Below are positions 37,299 to 51,807 of a DNA stretch of 64,000 nucleotides, piece after piece. The notes under the pieces are model-generated. The model searched no databases, was not told the DNA's origin, and saw nothing but the letters and a program-made list of their open reading frames with translations. Numbering within the stretch: the stretch's first letter is position 1; each line of letters begins with the position of its first letter. The translations under genes and the position numbers were made by a program. Origin of the DNA: Callorhinchus milii (Eukaryota); assembly GCF_018977255.1 (NCBI RefSeq), contig NW_024704742.1:82338001-82402000 (forward strand), read 5' to 3'.

Positions 37299-37820
37299 AA
37301 TGACATCCCCACTGTAACAGTGAAGCCCAAACTGAACACACAACTCCAACTCCATCCTATAATTCCAACATACCTCTGACCTCCTTCTCTCTCTCCCCAT
37401 TCTAGCCCCTTTCCTACACCTCCTTCCTCCACCTCCTACCTGCACCATGATTTATGAGCTGAAAACAGAGGAATTAAATTCCTTTTAAAAAAAACTGTTG
37501 GTTAGAGGATTGAAGTTCTCATTATATCAATATGATTTAAAATGACATAAAGTATTCCACCATGAAAATAAACCATTCAGCCCAAATTGTTCAAGCTGGT
37601 CTTCATACCTCACATCAACCTCCACCCCTCCTATTCCCTCTCCTATACCATCTGTTCCCTTCTCCCTCATGTATGGATCAAGTGGTTATTTTTAGTTTTG
37701 TGGATATTAGTGAGGACTTTTTGTTTTGTTTATCAATGTGGCACTGTAATGTGTGTGTTTGTTAAACATGGTCCTGTATGCTGGGTATACTTAATACAGG
37801 ATATTAATACAGGCTTAATA

Positions 37821-38030
37821 CAGGGTGAATCAAAGTCCTTACTCATCTCGTAGGTCTATATGAGATGTTCAAACTATTTCATGCAGATGTTTACAACTAT
37901 CAACTCGGAAACAAAACTTTCACGAATGCAAAGATTACAATGTAATAACTGTATACTTACTACAAATGTTGTCTTAAAAAATATATCATTAATAAATAAA
38001 ACTATAAGTAAGCATTTCTGGTTCACCCTA
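37821..38030. mobile_element. Tc1/mariner-type MITE, about 210 bp
   Basis: TA|cagggtgaatcaaagtccttact ... agtaagcatttctggttcacccta|TA; imperfect ~24-bp TIRs with TA on both sides. Confidence 0.7.
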
Positions 38031-38422
38031 TATAATGTAGAAATTTCCTGTCTGTGACTCTCAGCATAGAGGAGATTGCAATCACATTGCCTCTGTAGAG
38101 GGTGTGAGAATATCAGTGATAACTAAAGTATAATTATATGTGCAGCATATTACCGTGTCTGGTTGTAATTGCTGAATCTCTCATATACTGAATTATCATT
38201 CTCCCACACATTCATTTGAAAAATGAAGTATAATTGCAGAGTTCAAATTCTAAAAAATAGAATTCTGCAATTTTAGCCCAATTAATCCCAACCCCTCCCT
38301 ATTTTTACGTGTGTTCGTACAGTGAGTAGAATTACTTTTTGCATCTTCCAAAAAAGCTTGTTTTTTAAAGGGTTCCTGTTAAATACCATCCATCTCATGA
38401 GAACTCAAACCTGTGCTTGTTG

Positions 38423-38752
38423 ATAATAATAATAATAATAATAATCTTTGCATTTGATATAGCGCTTTTCACGTCGGGAGGACGTCCCAAAGCGCTTCAC
38501 AGAATATACTGTAAAGTGAATTGACTGTATATTTGTGGGCGAACGCGGCAGCCAATTGCGCACAGCAATGTCCCACAAACAGTCGTAGATTGAAAATTAC
38601 CAATTTATTATTGTTTATTGTTTTTTGGAGGGATTATTATTAGGAGTGTGGAGTAAGGAAACTTGCCCAAGGTTTCGCCCTCTGCCTGGAATTGAACTCA
38701 GGTCTCTCACTTGCAAAGCGAGTGCTCTAACCACTGAGCTACAGGACTCCAC
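38423..38752 (-). mobile_element. Young full-length tRNA-Ala SINE, short subfamily
   Basis: Nearly identical to 16003-16334 and 33009-33320. Confidence 0.95.
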
Positions 38753-38754
38753 GA

Positions 38755-39585
38755 CTATCAACTAGTGACTATCCTGCTTGGGTGAGGGGGGCTGGGGAGG
38801 GGAGGTGGGGTGGGGTGATGGTGGTACGCGGGGTCTCTTTGGAACTGAACTGACTCCAAGGTGACATGCTTGGCAACATAATGTCTGAATCAAGCTAACC
38901 CTCTGTGGTGGTCTCGGTAATCATTTTCCTTAACCAGACATTAATCCACGACACTGCAGATGACAGCCCAGCAGCCTGGCTCATCGGCAGGGCTTGGAAG
39001 GGCAGACCAATCAATTGGGCAGAGGGGTCCTACCAATCAGCTCCTGTTAACCCCACAAGTCTTGGAGATAGTGTGATGCTAGCTGGACAAGCAACGAAAA
39101 ATTTGCCGTACAGTGCTTGCAATGGCACATACATAGACTCCAGTAGTTCCCCAACACATACTCTGGGGCCCCAAGCCTTGGCTCTTGCCAACCTGCACCT
39201 AATGCTCCTGAATTAGGTAAGCAGGATGTGTCCCTTCAGGAAGACTGCATTCATTCCAATACACAGGATTTCACCCACAAAATACACAGAAAAAACACTT
39301 TACAGTACATGCTGTGAAGCGTTTTGAAAAGTCCTGACAATGTGATATTTGATATATTTATATCAAGTACAAGGATTGTTATTTTTCTATCCTCTGAAGC
39401 ACGTTGAGAGGTTCTCCTGAGATGAAACATAGTATATCAAATACAAGAATTATTATTGTTCAAGTCCAAGTCCAGAGGGGTCTGACGTTTTAAATTTTTC
39501 TTGTTCACTGATCAGTCAGTTTGGTTTGGATATTCTTAGGCCTGATGATGGGATTCCGCTCAACAAAAAAACCTAGCTGATCAAG
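38755..39585 (+). repeat. Family U, copy D (interrupted by SINE tails at about 39265-39500)
   Basis: 5' caactagtgactatcctgcttggg; ctcctgttaac; ctctggggccccaagccttggctcttgcc; resumes at tttggtttggatattcttagg...gctgatcaagagaaaa. Confidence 0.8.
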
Positions 39586-40741
39586 AGAAAAATCCTCCAC
39601 TTTCCTTCAACAACTCGTTATTCTGAACGAAGTCTGCGACTTGAACCGTTCCTTTCTCAGGGAATCTCATCTGATGTTTTTTGTGTCTCTCCTATCTTTC
39701 TCTCTTCGGTGGAAACCTACTTGCCTTTCTCCCTTTTATTGTACTTTTACAATCATTGCATCCCTAAACATTGCTCCCAAAACATGCTGACTCACATACT
39801 GTTTCCCTTCCCTGGTTCCTCACTATTTTGTAGATCAAAACTCATTGTCCCATCTTCCTAATCTAACTCAATTCAATCCCAGGACCCTCAATATTGTGGA
39901 ACTCAGTTTGCCTACAAAATAAATAGTAACTACGCTTTTCAGTATCTCCTGTGAAGTGGTTCGAAATGCTTTGAAAGATGCTGTATCAAATGTAAGAATT
40001 ATTATCAGCAGAACTTCCTCACTCTTCCCTTCCTCTTGTGATCCACAAGCAGTTAAAGCTTAAGCCTAATCTTCCTCAATCATGACTTTAATTTATCTTG
40101 TCCTCTATCATTTCAACATTTTTGGGACCCAACGTGATGGGTAATTTTCTTACCCCAAGGTTTCTCAATGAAAAGGTTGGAATCTTTCAAAATTTGCATG
40201 TTCTCAAGCAGAGAGAAGCCGTTCAGGTCTGAGCACTGGAAAAGCTCAATCTATGAAATATGACTATTCATGGCCAGCAACATTTGTTTTGCAGTAGGAG
40301 CTTTATCTCACTCCTGATCTTTTCATTCGTCAAATAGGTTCCTTGATGTAATGTTTTTTTATTTTATAGCACGTTTTTCATTCCTCTCCCACTGCATCAA
40401 CTGTCTCTAATGCCTCCCACCCACCCCCCGCACACACACACACACTGTTATGTAAAATGTAAAAGAAGTTTACCTTGTTAGCTGGAGTGTAGAAGACAGA
40501 TAACTGTATTGCAACATTTTGCACTCCCAATTCTCAGGTGCCTGACTTTGCAGTGAAGATCGAAATTGAAACCAGCAACAGAGGCTTTTTGTTCTCATTG
40601 CCCGAGGACTGTGACAGCATATTTCTCGCTAAATTAAGATTGTGGAAATTGCAGGTTTTATTTGTGCAGATATTCAGTAATTCAGAAACCCCATTTTAAT
40701 TTTCACCCCACAAATATATAGTTGCAATTCAGAGATCATTT

Positions 40742-42240
40742 ACATAGGAACATAGGAAAAGGAGTAGGCCATTCAGATCTTCGAGCCTGTTCCGCCGTTT
40801 AATTAGGTCTGTACCTCAACTAATCCTTGCAATTCCAATTTCCCGCTTTCTTTCCATATCCCTTAATACCCTGACGAACTAAAAAATTATCAACCTCACT
40901 CTTGAAGGTGTGGAAGGATCCAGCATCCACGGCTTTTTGGGGAGAGAATTCCAGATTTCTACCATGCTTTGAGTGAAAAAATGCTTCCTGATTTCACTCT
41001 TAAATGGCCTGGTTCTAATTTTAAGATAATGTCCCCTTGTTTTGGATTCCCTGCCAGGGGAATTCTCTGTGTCTACCCAATCAAATCCTTTATCATCTTA
41101 AATGCCTCAATCAAATCATTCCTCAAACTTCTAAACTCAAGGGAATATAATCCAAGTTTACGCAGCCTTTCCTTGTAACTTAACCCTTTTAGGCCTGGTA
41201 ACATTCTGGTGAACCTGTGCTGCACCCCCTCCAGGGCCAATATATCTATCCTGAGGTGTGGTGCCCAAAACTGAACGCAGTCTCCAGATGGGGTCTGACT
41301 AACGCTCTATACAGCTGAAACATAATTTCTTCCCCTTAGTATTCCAGGCCCCTTGAGATAAAGACCAACATTTAATTTGCCTTTTTGATTACTTTTGCAC
41401 CTGGGAACTAGTTTTTAGTGATTTGTGGATATGGACACCCACATTTTTTGTTCTCCACAGTTCTTAATTTCTCCCCATTAAGAAAGTATTCTGCTTTGTC
41501 TTTTTTTGGTCCATGGTTGATAACCTCACACTTCCCCACATTGAACTCCATCTGCCACAACTTTGCCCACTTACTTAATCTGTCCCTTTGTAACTTCCTA
41601 CTCCCATCTATACAATTTACTGACTCTCCTAGCTTAATGTCATCTGCAAACTTGGATATAAAACTTTCTATTCCTTCATCCAAATCATTTATATATATGG
41701 CAAATAGCTGAGTTCCTGACACGTTCCGCAAATCAGAGAACTTTCCCTTTATCCATACTCTCTGCCACCTGCCTCCCAACCAATTACCAAGCCACGTCAC
41801 AAGGTTACCTCCAACTCCATGTGCTTCCATTTTCGCTAATAATCTTTTGTGTGGAATCATATCAAATACCTTCTGAAGGTCCATATAAACAGCATCCATA
41901 GACTCCACTTTAGTGACCTCCTCAAAAAATTAAACTAGATTAGTCAGACATGACCTATCCTTCACAAACCCATGCTGACACTCTTTGACTAGTTCGTACC
42001 TGTCCAAGTGTTCAGTAACTCTTTCCCTAATGATAGATTCCAGTAATTTCCCTACAACTGACATTAAGCTGACAGGTCTATAGATTCCTGGTTTCTCCCT
42101 CCCTCCCTTCTTAAATAAAAGGGTGACATTCACAATTTTTCAATCTGAGGTGCAATTCCCAAATCTAGTGAGTTTTGGAAAATTATGACGAATGCATCTG
42201 CAATTTCCTCTCCTATTTCCTTTAACATTCTGGGATTTAA
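40742..42240 (-). mobile_element. 5'-truncated CR1 LINE with disrupted RT (about 1.5 kb)
   Basis: Minus ORFs: NVTLLFKKGGREKPGIYRPVSLMSVVGKLLE, QHGFVKDRSCLTNL, FDMIPHKRLL, SKFADDIKL, WQMEFNVGKC; tail (TTCCTATG)n at 40742-40757. Confidence 0.96.
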
Positions 42241-43794
42241 GAAGATGACCTGGTGTGGGGAAACCCTATTCCATTCAAAAAAAATTGAATGCCTAGATTT
42301 GTGGAGCTGTTTGAATTCCAGTTTGTATTGTCACTGCTTGTTACTGGGATTGTGAATGTCTTTACTCTTATTTAGTCTATCGATTTGCAAGTGGGATGAA
42401 GAGAGTGGACCAAGAGTTCACCTCCCACAAAAGATCATCCCAGTTCAACATGAAAGTTTGTTCAATCTGAAACCAGAGTTTTTTGATCCCTATTGTCATA
42501 TATAGATATATATGTATATGTATATATAATATATACTAGGAAACAGACATGACAGTCTAAAGAGATCCTACGTTTAAACTGCATTCTTGCCCCACCCAGT
42601 GGTGCTCGCACTTGCTTAGCAGAGTCCCTTCAGAAAGTCATGATGGATTTATTTTGTGGTGTTTCTTAACAGAATGGGAATCAATAGTATGTTGTGCTGA
42701 CCCACAGGAGCTCCACCGTGAGGTGACACAATCTGCTTCTGGTGCGGAATTCTTCATGTGTTACCTGAATTTTAATGGAAATATTAAAGTGGCCCTTAAG
42801 AAATCCTGCTCAGGAATATCGCAAGATAGAGTGCAGAGATGTATTTCATTGCAGAGAACCACCTTTCCCGAAGAATATATTTTCCAGATCTATCATGTTG
42901 TGTTACAGATCAGCAACATGCTTCCTAGGTTTATTGCATCCAGCTGTATGCACGATAATGTAGTATGTGAAAACTAGAGGAGAGTGTAAAAAATGCCCTG
43001 TAGGGATTACCCTTTAGTGCGTTCCAGTCTTAGAGATACAAGGTCCAATTTAAAACATAATGCATATTTTCAGGATGAAAAGGTGCTTCAGTCACAATGA
43101 ACCCTGCCCAGTTTGCACTGTCCCATCTCCTCACTCTGGGCCTACTGCGAGTTCTGCTCATTTTTACTGTCTTTTAACAGCAGAAATTGCAAATGCAACA
43201 CGACGTTGCTGAATTTGATAACATGACTGATTAGGTAGCATTTCAACTGTGCACAAATGGATCATTTTGCTTTGCTTGAGGGAATCCATCTGACTAACCA
43301 ACAAGAAAAAACACTAAACAGAATTAGCTTTGTAATGTGCAGCAGTACTGAACATGCCTTTAAACCTTCCCAAGATGCATGGGTTTGTGGGTGAGAGAGA
43401 GAGAGAGAAAAACTGAATGATGGATAAAAATATTTTAATTAATTGAGCAAGTAATTACATTTTGAAGAATACACAGAGCAGTCTGCTTTTTAAGGGCATT
43501 CTCTGTAACTGCCTAATCAATTGAGAACTCTGGATTGGCTAGTAGTTAACTGCTTTCTTAGTTGTAGAATACAGATTGTCAATAATTAGATTAGGAAATC
43601 CGGTTGCAATGAGCTGCTGCTCAGAGTATCGATGGCATCAGTTTAACTTAATTGCTGATTACAGACATCAAACCAAAATAATAAAGATGATTCCTGGCAT
43701 TTGCTATACCATTTTTCATGTTGGGAGGATGTCTCAACATGTTTCACAGGATATACTCTAAAGTGTAATTGCTGTGCATTTTGTAGCTACAAAA

Positions 43795-44790
43795 ACTTGC
43801 CTTAATATAGCGCCCTCCATGCAGGATAGTGTCTCAGAGTGCATAACAGTGGTGGAGCCTGGCTCCGAGCCGGGGGTTGGGGTGACTATGAGCATATTCG
43901 AAAAGGAAGGTTATAAGGCAGGACTTGAAAAAGGGGAGAGAGAGTGCAAGGCGGAAGGATTGAGGGAGAGTGTTCTAAAGTTTTGGGGCATAGTGGCATT
44001 GCGACCTCCAATGGTGGAGGGGAGGGTGCAAGGGACAAGCAGGAGGCTGGTGCCAGTCGAGCAGTGCCAGGAGTGAAGCAATTTGAACACAAGTGTGAGG
44101 ATCTTGAAGTCGATCTGTTCTGTGATGGGGAGCCAGTGGAGTCTGGCCAGAACTGGTGAGATGTGGGAATGGAGTTTGGTCCAGGTCAGTATGCGAGTGA
44201 CAGAGTTCGGAATGAGTTGGATTTTTTGAATAGTGGAGCTGGGGAGACCGGCGAGGAGTGAGTTGTACTAATGTGACAAACGCATACACGAAAGTACCGG
44301 CTGCATTTGGGGTAAAGTACGGTCAGAGGTGGGCAATGTGACGGAGGTGGAGGAAGGCAGTCATGCTCAGGGATCAGATGTGGTGAGGAAGGACAGCTGG
44401 GGGTTGAACCGGACGCCTAGATTGTGCACTGCTTCAGTAAGTCTAAGGGAGAGCCCAGGGAGGTTGAGGAGTTTAGATCCGCAGGAGTGAAGAAGTTGAC
44501 GGGAGCCAAACAGTAAAGCTTCCATCATGTCCACATTCAGCTGCAGGAAGTTTGCACTGATCCAGGCCCTGATGTGTGCCAGACAAGCTGCTAGAACATC
44601 AGTGGACCTGGAGTCGATACTGGAAGAGGGAAAATAGATTTATGTGTCATCCACATATAAGTGGAAGTTTACCCTGAATCTGCGGATGACAGCTCCAAGG
44701 TGGAGAATATAGATTAGGAAAAGAAGAGGGCCAAGGCTAGAGCCCTGGGGTACACCACAGGTGACTGGGTAGGGCTGGGAGGAGCACCCT
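43795..44790 (-). mobile_element. Degenerate L2 LINE 3' kb
   Basis: Collinear with 21550-22600; reverse strand encodes [16 protein letters not shown] and FHLYVDDT. Confidence 0.88.
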
Positions 44791-44954
44791 TCTTAGTGGT
44801 ATTGTCTCAAGAGTGTTTAACAACAGTGGAGCTTGACGCCAAGCAGGGAGAAAGGGTAGGTGACCATCAAAGTGGCAGGACTTCAGATGCAAACTGAAGG
44901 CTAGCAATGTGGAGAGATTCAGGCAGAGAGTTTCGGAGTTTCAGTAAACAAGGT

Positions 44955-45255
44955 AGATAATTTGCACACAGAAATGTCCCACAAACAGTGAATAACCAAT
45001 TATTTTTATCTGGGGGATTGTTGGCCATTGCATCAGGAGAAACTACTTCCTCTTTTCAAAACTGCCAGTGCATATTTAAAATGTTCACTTGAACAGGCAA
45101 ACGGGGCCTCATCTAAGCAATGGCACCTCCGACCAATGCAGCACATACCTAGCACTGCATTGGAGTATCAGCCTAGACTGTGAGTCCTGAGGTGAGGCTT
45201 GAAAGCACAATCTTCAGATTCAGAGGCGAGAGTGCTACCAACAGAGCCAGGGTAA
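44955..45255 (-). mobile_element. DeuSINE-type SINE
   Basis: Reverse head ccctggctctgttggtagcactctcgcctctgaatctgaagattgtg and a degenerate Deu core. Confidence 0.7.
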
Positions 45256-48200
45256 CTCGATTTGCTCAGCCAGCAAAGTTCAAGGCTTCATCCATCTGTT
45301 ACATTAGCGGAGCTGAGTCAGAGAGACAGAAGGAATGCAATATGTGGCCTCAGATCAAGTGGGCTAGAGAGATCAGTGACCATTCATATTCCTGATGGCT
45401 CTGCACTGACCTTTGCTACAAAGAGCACTTACATCTTATTCCATGAGGACAAGATCAAGCTCTGTTGACTTTCGACAGTTAAATATATTGCTGTCACTCG
45501 GGTTCCAGAGTGCCATGTGCAGAATTGTTAATTGAATGGGATATCAGAGGGCTAGCAGAACTCAGGGAACCTTACTATTGAGCTAGAGTTCAGTACCATT
45601 GTGAAATGTCAGGCCGCAGTGTCGGTGAAGAGATATTTCCATGAATGTGATGTTTCTATAATTACTGGCATGAAATAGCATCCTCAGGGAATGGGAAGAT
45701 GTCGCCCACAGAATAAATCAACATATCGGCTTCAGATAAATCACTCAAATGTACTTACGATTCAGTCAATAGAGGACGGATACACTCCAACCCCTACTTT
45801 GAGCTTTCTTCTCAAGCCCTTGTTAGATCAGTCTACCCAACAGAACAGTGCTGACCCGCTGGTAAGTGTGGCTATCGCTCTGATTGTAAACTGCTGATGT
45901 TATTTGGGAGAAAAGTTTGTTAAATTGGTATTACATTTGATGCCGTCTGGCCATTTTATCCATCTCCAGTTCCTTCACGTGGAGATTTTCTTTATCCCTT
46001 GGTAGTCAAAAATGGAAAATAACGTTTGCCTGATTTAAATCTGATTTGTTTCGACAGAAGCCCCATGTTAAAGCTTGTGCAGGCTCACACATATTCCCCA
46101 TGTGATTCTTTCTATATTTCTAAGATTATTATTACTATTGTTACGACTTTCTAAATTGTTTGACATTGCTGGCTGGGCACACGAGCTGTGGTTGGGAGGC
46201 AATGAGTTTGGAGAGGGGAAAGATGACCAAAAGCACGGTGAACGAGGGAGGGAGAGAGAACGAGTCAGAGGAGCTCCAGGATGGAATTCCAGAGGACAGG
46301 GGCAGAATGGCTGAAAGCCAATTGTGAGGCAGATAGGATGGGGGACATGAGGCAGGCTGATCAGTGAAGGGAGCAGCCAGACGGATATAGTTAAAGGAAG
46401 TCACAGAGGTAGGGTGGGGCTATGTAATGGTATTTAAATATGATGCTTATTGCTTGTGTCTATTAATCTGTGCATGCAATTTGGCACAGAGTATATGTTG
46501 CATACACATGTGTTGGTCCAAGGAGGTCAGTAACAAGATATTCACAACCTATATTAGCACCAAGTTCATTATTCTTGAATTCAAAGCCTAACAACACCAA
46601 TAGAAAATTGGAACCCATTTTGAACTGGCAGAAATACAGCATATATTGTGCATCATATCAAACTGTAGGAGCACAATTCCAAACTAATATATTTCTGGTG
46701 GCATATATAATAGTGTCATGGTGCTTCTGCTGCCAATGGGTGGATGATTGTATAGATAGATGTTAAAGATCCCATTGCACTACTTGAAACAAGAAGGCAG
46801 TTTCTCCTTGTGTCCTGGCCACCAATCCCCCAAATAAAATTGGTTACTGACTTCACAGCTGTTTGTGAGACCTTGCTGTGTGCAATTTACATCGTGTTTG
46901 CCTACAAAATACACATTAACTGGTCTCTACAGTAAAATCTTGTGAAACGCTTTGAGACATTTTGATGAAATGATAAAGATGCTGGAAACAAAAGCTATCT
47001 ATTTTCAGAGAAATGTATTGCCATTGTACTTGGTCACCTTCCCACCTGGCTCGGTCCCAGGATCCTAAACTGTAAAACGCTCTGAGACACCATCCGGCGT
47101 GGAGGGCGCTATATAAATCTAAGCTGTTGTTGTTGAATGGCAGTTTATAACAATTGATGCTTGTCACACTGCAGTTATATCTGTTGAAATATGGCTTCTA
47201 ACACTATTGTCAGCACAGAATGTTTGTCTCTCCACAATGTTGCTGCTTCTGAGAATAAGAGACAATCCAGGGCCAAGTTAGTCACTGTGTCTCACATTTG
47301 TTCTGAAGACCTTTCTAGAGAAAATGTACTGTCAATTGTTTTCACATGTCTTGATAAGTTAGTATAATTGCTTTAAAGGAGTAAGGCATACAGAATGGAC
47401 AGAGCAATTGGATACCCAGGCGTTATTACAAGTCAGTAATGTCACTGATGGATTTGGATGGTTTCTATATAAAGTATAGATACTAAAAAATGATTACTTG
47501 CCTATAGTCTCCCCGAGGGGCTCAACAGTTTTCCCTAAAGAAGAGGAGGAGGCAAAGGTGTGAAGCGAAGGAAGTGGGTGGAAGGGTGAGAGATGTATGA
47601 AATGATAGTGTTAAGCACTTTGAAGTTCCAAAATATATTAAAGGGTCAAATCATAAATGGAGCAACTTGTTGTGTCTTTAGTTATATAAGCAATCAAATT
47701 AACTTACATACCGATACTATACTATTGCATTGTTAGGGAGCCAAGTTTCAGATAATTATGGTCCTTGCAATATAGAACTTAGAGCAAGAACATCTCAAAG
47801 TGCTTCACAAAGTTTCACTGAAGTATAATAACTGTGTACTTGTAGATGAAAGCGGCAGCTAATTTGCACACAAAATACTTTTGTGCATCTGGGTTCATTT
47901 TCAATTGGACTAAAGATTTACACAGTTCTATCACTCCTTCCTCTTGTCTTTTTGATCATGTCAGAGAGCGCCACTTTGCCGTGATTGACCGGTTGGAGAC
48001 TCCTGATTTAGACTATGAGTTCAAAGTTTGCGATGTGGGGCTTGAACCCATACCCTTCTGATGCAAAGCTGAGCCAGGGTGACATGTGATGAGATGTTAA
48101 ACAGATGTTTTGTCTACTTGTTCTTCAAGCAATTATTAAAGGCCCTGTGATACTATTTGATAAGTGAAGAGAATCTTTCCTGACATCTGGCTGATGAACC

Positions 48201-49759
48201 TCCACATAATTTGATTATTCACCTTGTTTTTGTGTGTGGGGCTTTGCCATTTGCAAATTGGTTGCCACATTTCCCAAAACAAAATCACTAACCTTAATTG
48301 TGTCTTCAATGCATGCTCTTTCTTAATAAATGGAAAAGGAATTTGCTTTTAAATACATTTATAGAAGATGTATTCTTGGGTTGTATGGTTTAATACCACA
48401 GTATTTCAGCTTTAACTGGTTAGAAAAATTGCATTTTAAGACTGTAAGATCCAGTCAGCTATAAAAGCCAAACTCATTTTAATAAAGTCAGCAATGATTG
48501 CTGACATTTAAAAATCTGTATCTATAAATACTGCACTTATTGGTTGACTGAAGCTATTAGCATTGTGCTAAAATGTTGATATCTGAGTAGTGTTTAATAT
48601 CATTGCTTCCTCCGGTTCTCACCTTACAGTTATCAAAATGTTTTTTCCCCCAACTTTACTTCTTTGTACTTTTCCAAATTTAGGTTAACTTTTAAACAAC
48701 ACCACAAACAACTTGAATTTATATAGCACCCCTCACACAGGGTAGCATCCTAGAAAGCTTATTCTAATACCTTTCAATAGTAGGCACTAGAATGAAGTAA
48801 ATTCCCATCGCTGGGCTGACTGGAATACCATGATGTCTTTTTTGTGGCACTTGGTATATTTCATCTAAAGAAAATATTCTGGATGTGTTCTAATTGGTTT
48901 TTTTTGCAACCATAATAACTTACATATATATAGCGCTCTTCATATGGTGTCGCTCCATGGAGTGCCTAATAATGGCAGTTTGATGCTGAGCCAGGGAGAA
49001 AGGGAAAGTGAATCTTGGTACAGTCGATGAGGAAAGTCTTCAAGTGTGATCTAAAGACAGGTAAAGAGGGGAGGATTCAGGCAGGAAGTACCGATATTCA
49101 GGGCAAGATTGTTTCTCCCAGTGACCTGGCCAATGATCCTCCTGACAAAATTGGTCATTCACTTCATGGCTGTTTGTGGAACATTTTCTGTATTCAATTT
49201 GGTTTTACAAAACACAGGGTCACTGGATTTCGCAGTAAATCCCATCAAGCAATTTCAGTCATCCTTTTGACTTGAAAGGCACCATATCAAGTGTAAGGAT
49301 ATATACTGCATATCTATACATAGACATTAGATAAATGTAACAATGAAATACAGCATTGAAGTTTAACATGCAGTCCATTTGAACAACTGCATCTTGTCGG
49401 TATTGTTACAATTCAATTGCCATAGTGACCTGGATAAAGAATGCTGATTGCCTGAGGGTTAGCAGTTAACAACCACTTGAACACATAGTTAGAAAATGAG
49501 GAGGTGTCTCATTGCCAGAAGTACAAGCAATCTGACAGAGAGATTAACAATAACAAGAGTTTCATTCCACCGCCATAAAAATTCAACTCCCAGATTATAT
49601 TGATTACAACATTACAGTGCATGAGATGGTCCAATGTAGCAGACAAACATTGAACCCCTGCCCAGAAGAGATGCATACATGTAGTGAATCAGAAAATTGG
49701 GCATTATTATGATGGTTCACAGCAATACTCTGTCCATGTCATGAACTGTTCTGCGTTCC

Positions 49760-50612
49760 CCACCTCCGCAATATTGTCCAGCTCTGCCACTACCTCTCCG
49801 CTCAAGCTGCCAAGACCCTTATACACGCATTAATCTCACCCAGGCTCTACCACATTAACTCCCTGCTTGTCATTCTTATTCAGATTATTCAGAACTCTGC
49901 AGCTCGTGTCCTCTCCGCAGCAGCCTTGCTCCCTCACCCCATTCTCGCCCGGCTCTACTGGCTTCCCATCCCCAGAGGATAGAGTTCAAAATCCTTGTCC
50001 TCACCTCCCCTCCATTGCCTTGCTCCTCCCTAGCTCTGTGACTTTGCCTTTTAGAACTGAGTTGAGAAAACATTTCTTCACTAAGAGGGTAGTGAATTTA
50101 TGGATGCTCAGTCATTGAACATGTTCAAGACTGAGATCGATAGTTTTTTAAAAACTAAAGGGAATAAAGGATATGGGTATAGGGCGGGTAAATGGAATTA
50201 GGTTAGAAGATCAGCCATGAACTTATTAAATGGTGGGGCAGGCTCGAGGGGCCGAATGGCCTATTCCTGCTCCTATTTCTTATGTTCTTATGTTCTTAAC
50301 TCCATACTGCTCCATGTCGCCCATCCAGCCAGCCTCACCATCGGGGATCAGGCCTTCAGCTTTTCTGCACACACCCTTTGAAACTCTATCCCACAATATC
50401 TTTGCCTCTCTCTCTCCCTTGCCTCCTTCAAATCCCATGTCAAGATCCTCCTCTTTGACCATGCCTTCAGTCACCCTCCTATCCCTATCCTCTCTGCCCT
50501 CTACCCCTCCTGATCCCAACCCCCAGCTCAGGCCCAGTGCCTTAAATGTCCAACGCCTTGGGACGTCCTCTTGACAAGAAAGGTGCTATACAAATGTAAT
50601 TTGTTGTTGTTG
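49760..50612 (+). mobile_element. L2 3' fragment with a nested CR1 3' end (about 50045-50297)
   Basis: L2 sequence is interrupted by tttagaactgagttgagaaaacatttcttc...ggctcgaggggccgaatggcct...(TTCTTATG)n and then resumes to the (TTG)n tail. Confidence 0.85.
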
Positions 50613-50639
50613 ATTTTGGTGCACTTCCCCAATCTGTTT

Positions 50640-50828
50640 AAATGTTTGAGGTGCTACATGGTAGGATGCATTCCTCCAGGGAGAGAGTGTGCATTCCATT
50701 CCGACAATCTATCTCTGGAATTTCCATGTGTAGTTGGGATACATGTAGGTGGGACACAGTTTGGCTACCCTTAAGCATGGTGATGGGCTTCTTCATGTGT
50801 CAAACACCTGTCTGACCCCCCAAAAAAT
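50640..50828 (+). repeat. Family U, 5'-truncated copy
   Basis: ctccagggagagagtgtgcattccattccgacaatc...catgtgtcaaacacctgtctgacccccaaaaaa. Confidence 0.8.
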
Positions 50829-51807
50829 GGTTGTCTTCCACACAAGGCTGGGATTCTTCTCACTTGGCTCCTGTTAGCCTTGTAGATTTACACATGAGCA
50901 GATCTTGTTCATGTTCTCTGTCTGCCATTTCTCTCTTGTTCTCAGGTAAATTGTTCCTCATATACCTTGTTCATGTCACCTCTCTCATATTTTGGATGAA
51001 AAATAGCAAAATATGTGCATTTGATATAGCACCTTGTTACGTCTTTGAGACGTCTCAAAGTGTTTCACAGAATAAAGTGAATGACTGAAGTACAAATAGT
51101 GCTTTACCAGAAGCCATTAGCTCTTTGGTAGGAATAAGATGTGGGTAATTTGAGAGAGCAATATTCTGTCTCTCCCCTATTGAGGGTTTAACCGAGCTCT
51201 GCAACTTTTGATGTGCAATTTGGATGTGACTATGAAATTGGCCAACAATCCTCTACCTAAAATTTGGTCATTTACTTTGTGGCTCTTTGTAGGTCATTGC
51301 TGTGCGCAAATTGGCCACTTTTGCTTTCTACAGTCACAACGCTTTACAGTAAAATCCGCCAAAGCAGATTTGAGTTGTCTTCCCAATGTAAAAGTTATTA
51401 TATCACATGCAAGAATTAGCATTACTATATTACAAGAAAGTTCTCATCTGTCTGACTCCCAGTTTAACAATAGAAATGGGCAACACTCAGTAACTAATGC
51501 AGTTAACAAGTCACATCAAGATACAGGGCCACTTAATTGGATATTCCAGGAATACTCAAGCTCTTGAGCTGTAATTAGCTGCAGTGGAGATAAATGGATT
51601 TTAAAATAGAGATACTTAAGACCACGAAGGTTCATAAAAATTTGTAGTCAGGTTAATGATCAGTATGTTAATACAGTTAGAGATCACACACTGGTCCCAG
51701 TGGAGACAGAATTGCAGCAGTTTAACAAGAATTTTGCTGCAGGTATGAAAGTATTACAGGATTTATAGAGTCATAGAATATAGATCCATCTCTGGTGATC
51801 TATATTC

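Noticed and set aside
38894..38903. Telomerase-RNA template-like gctaaccct in family U copy D
   Set aside because: Other copies read gaaccagccct at this position, so it is a copy-specific mutation.
42612..42977. 121-aa ORF in unique sequence
   Set aside because: No homology I recognise and no clear exon boundaries; a small exon cannot be excluded without RNA data.
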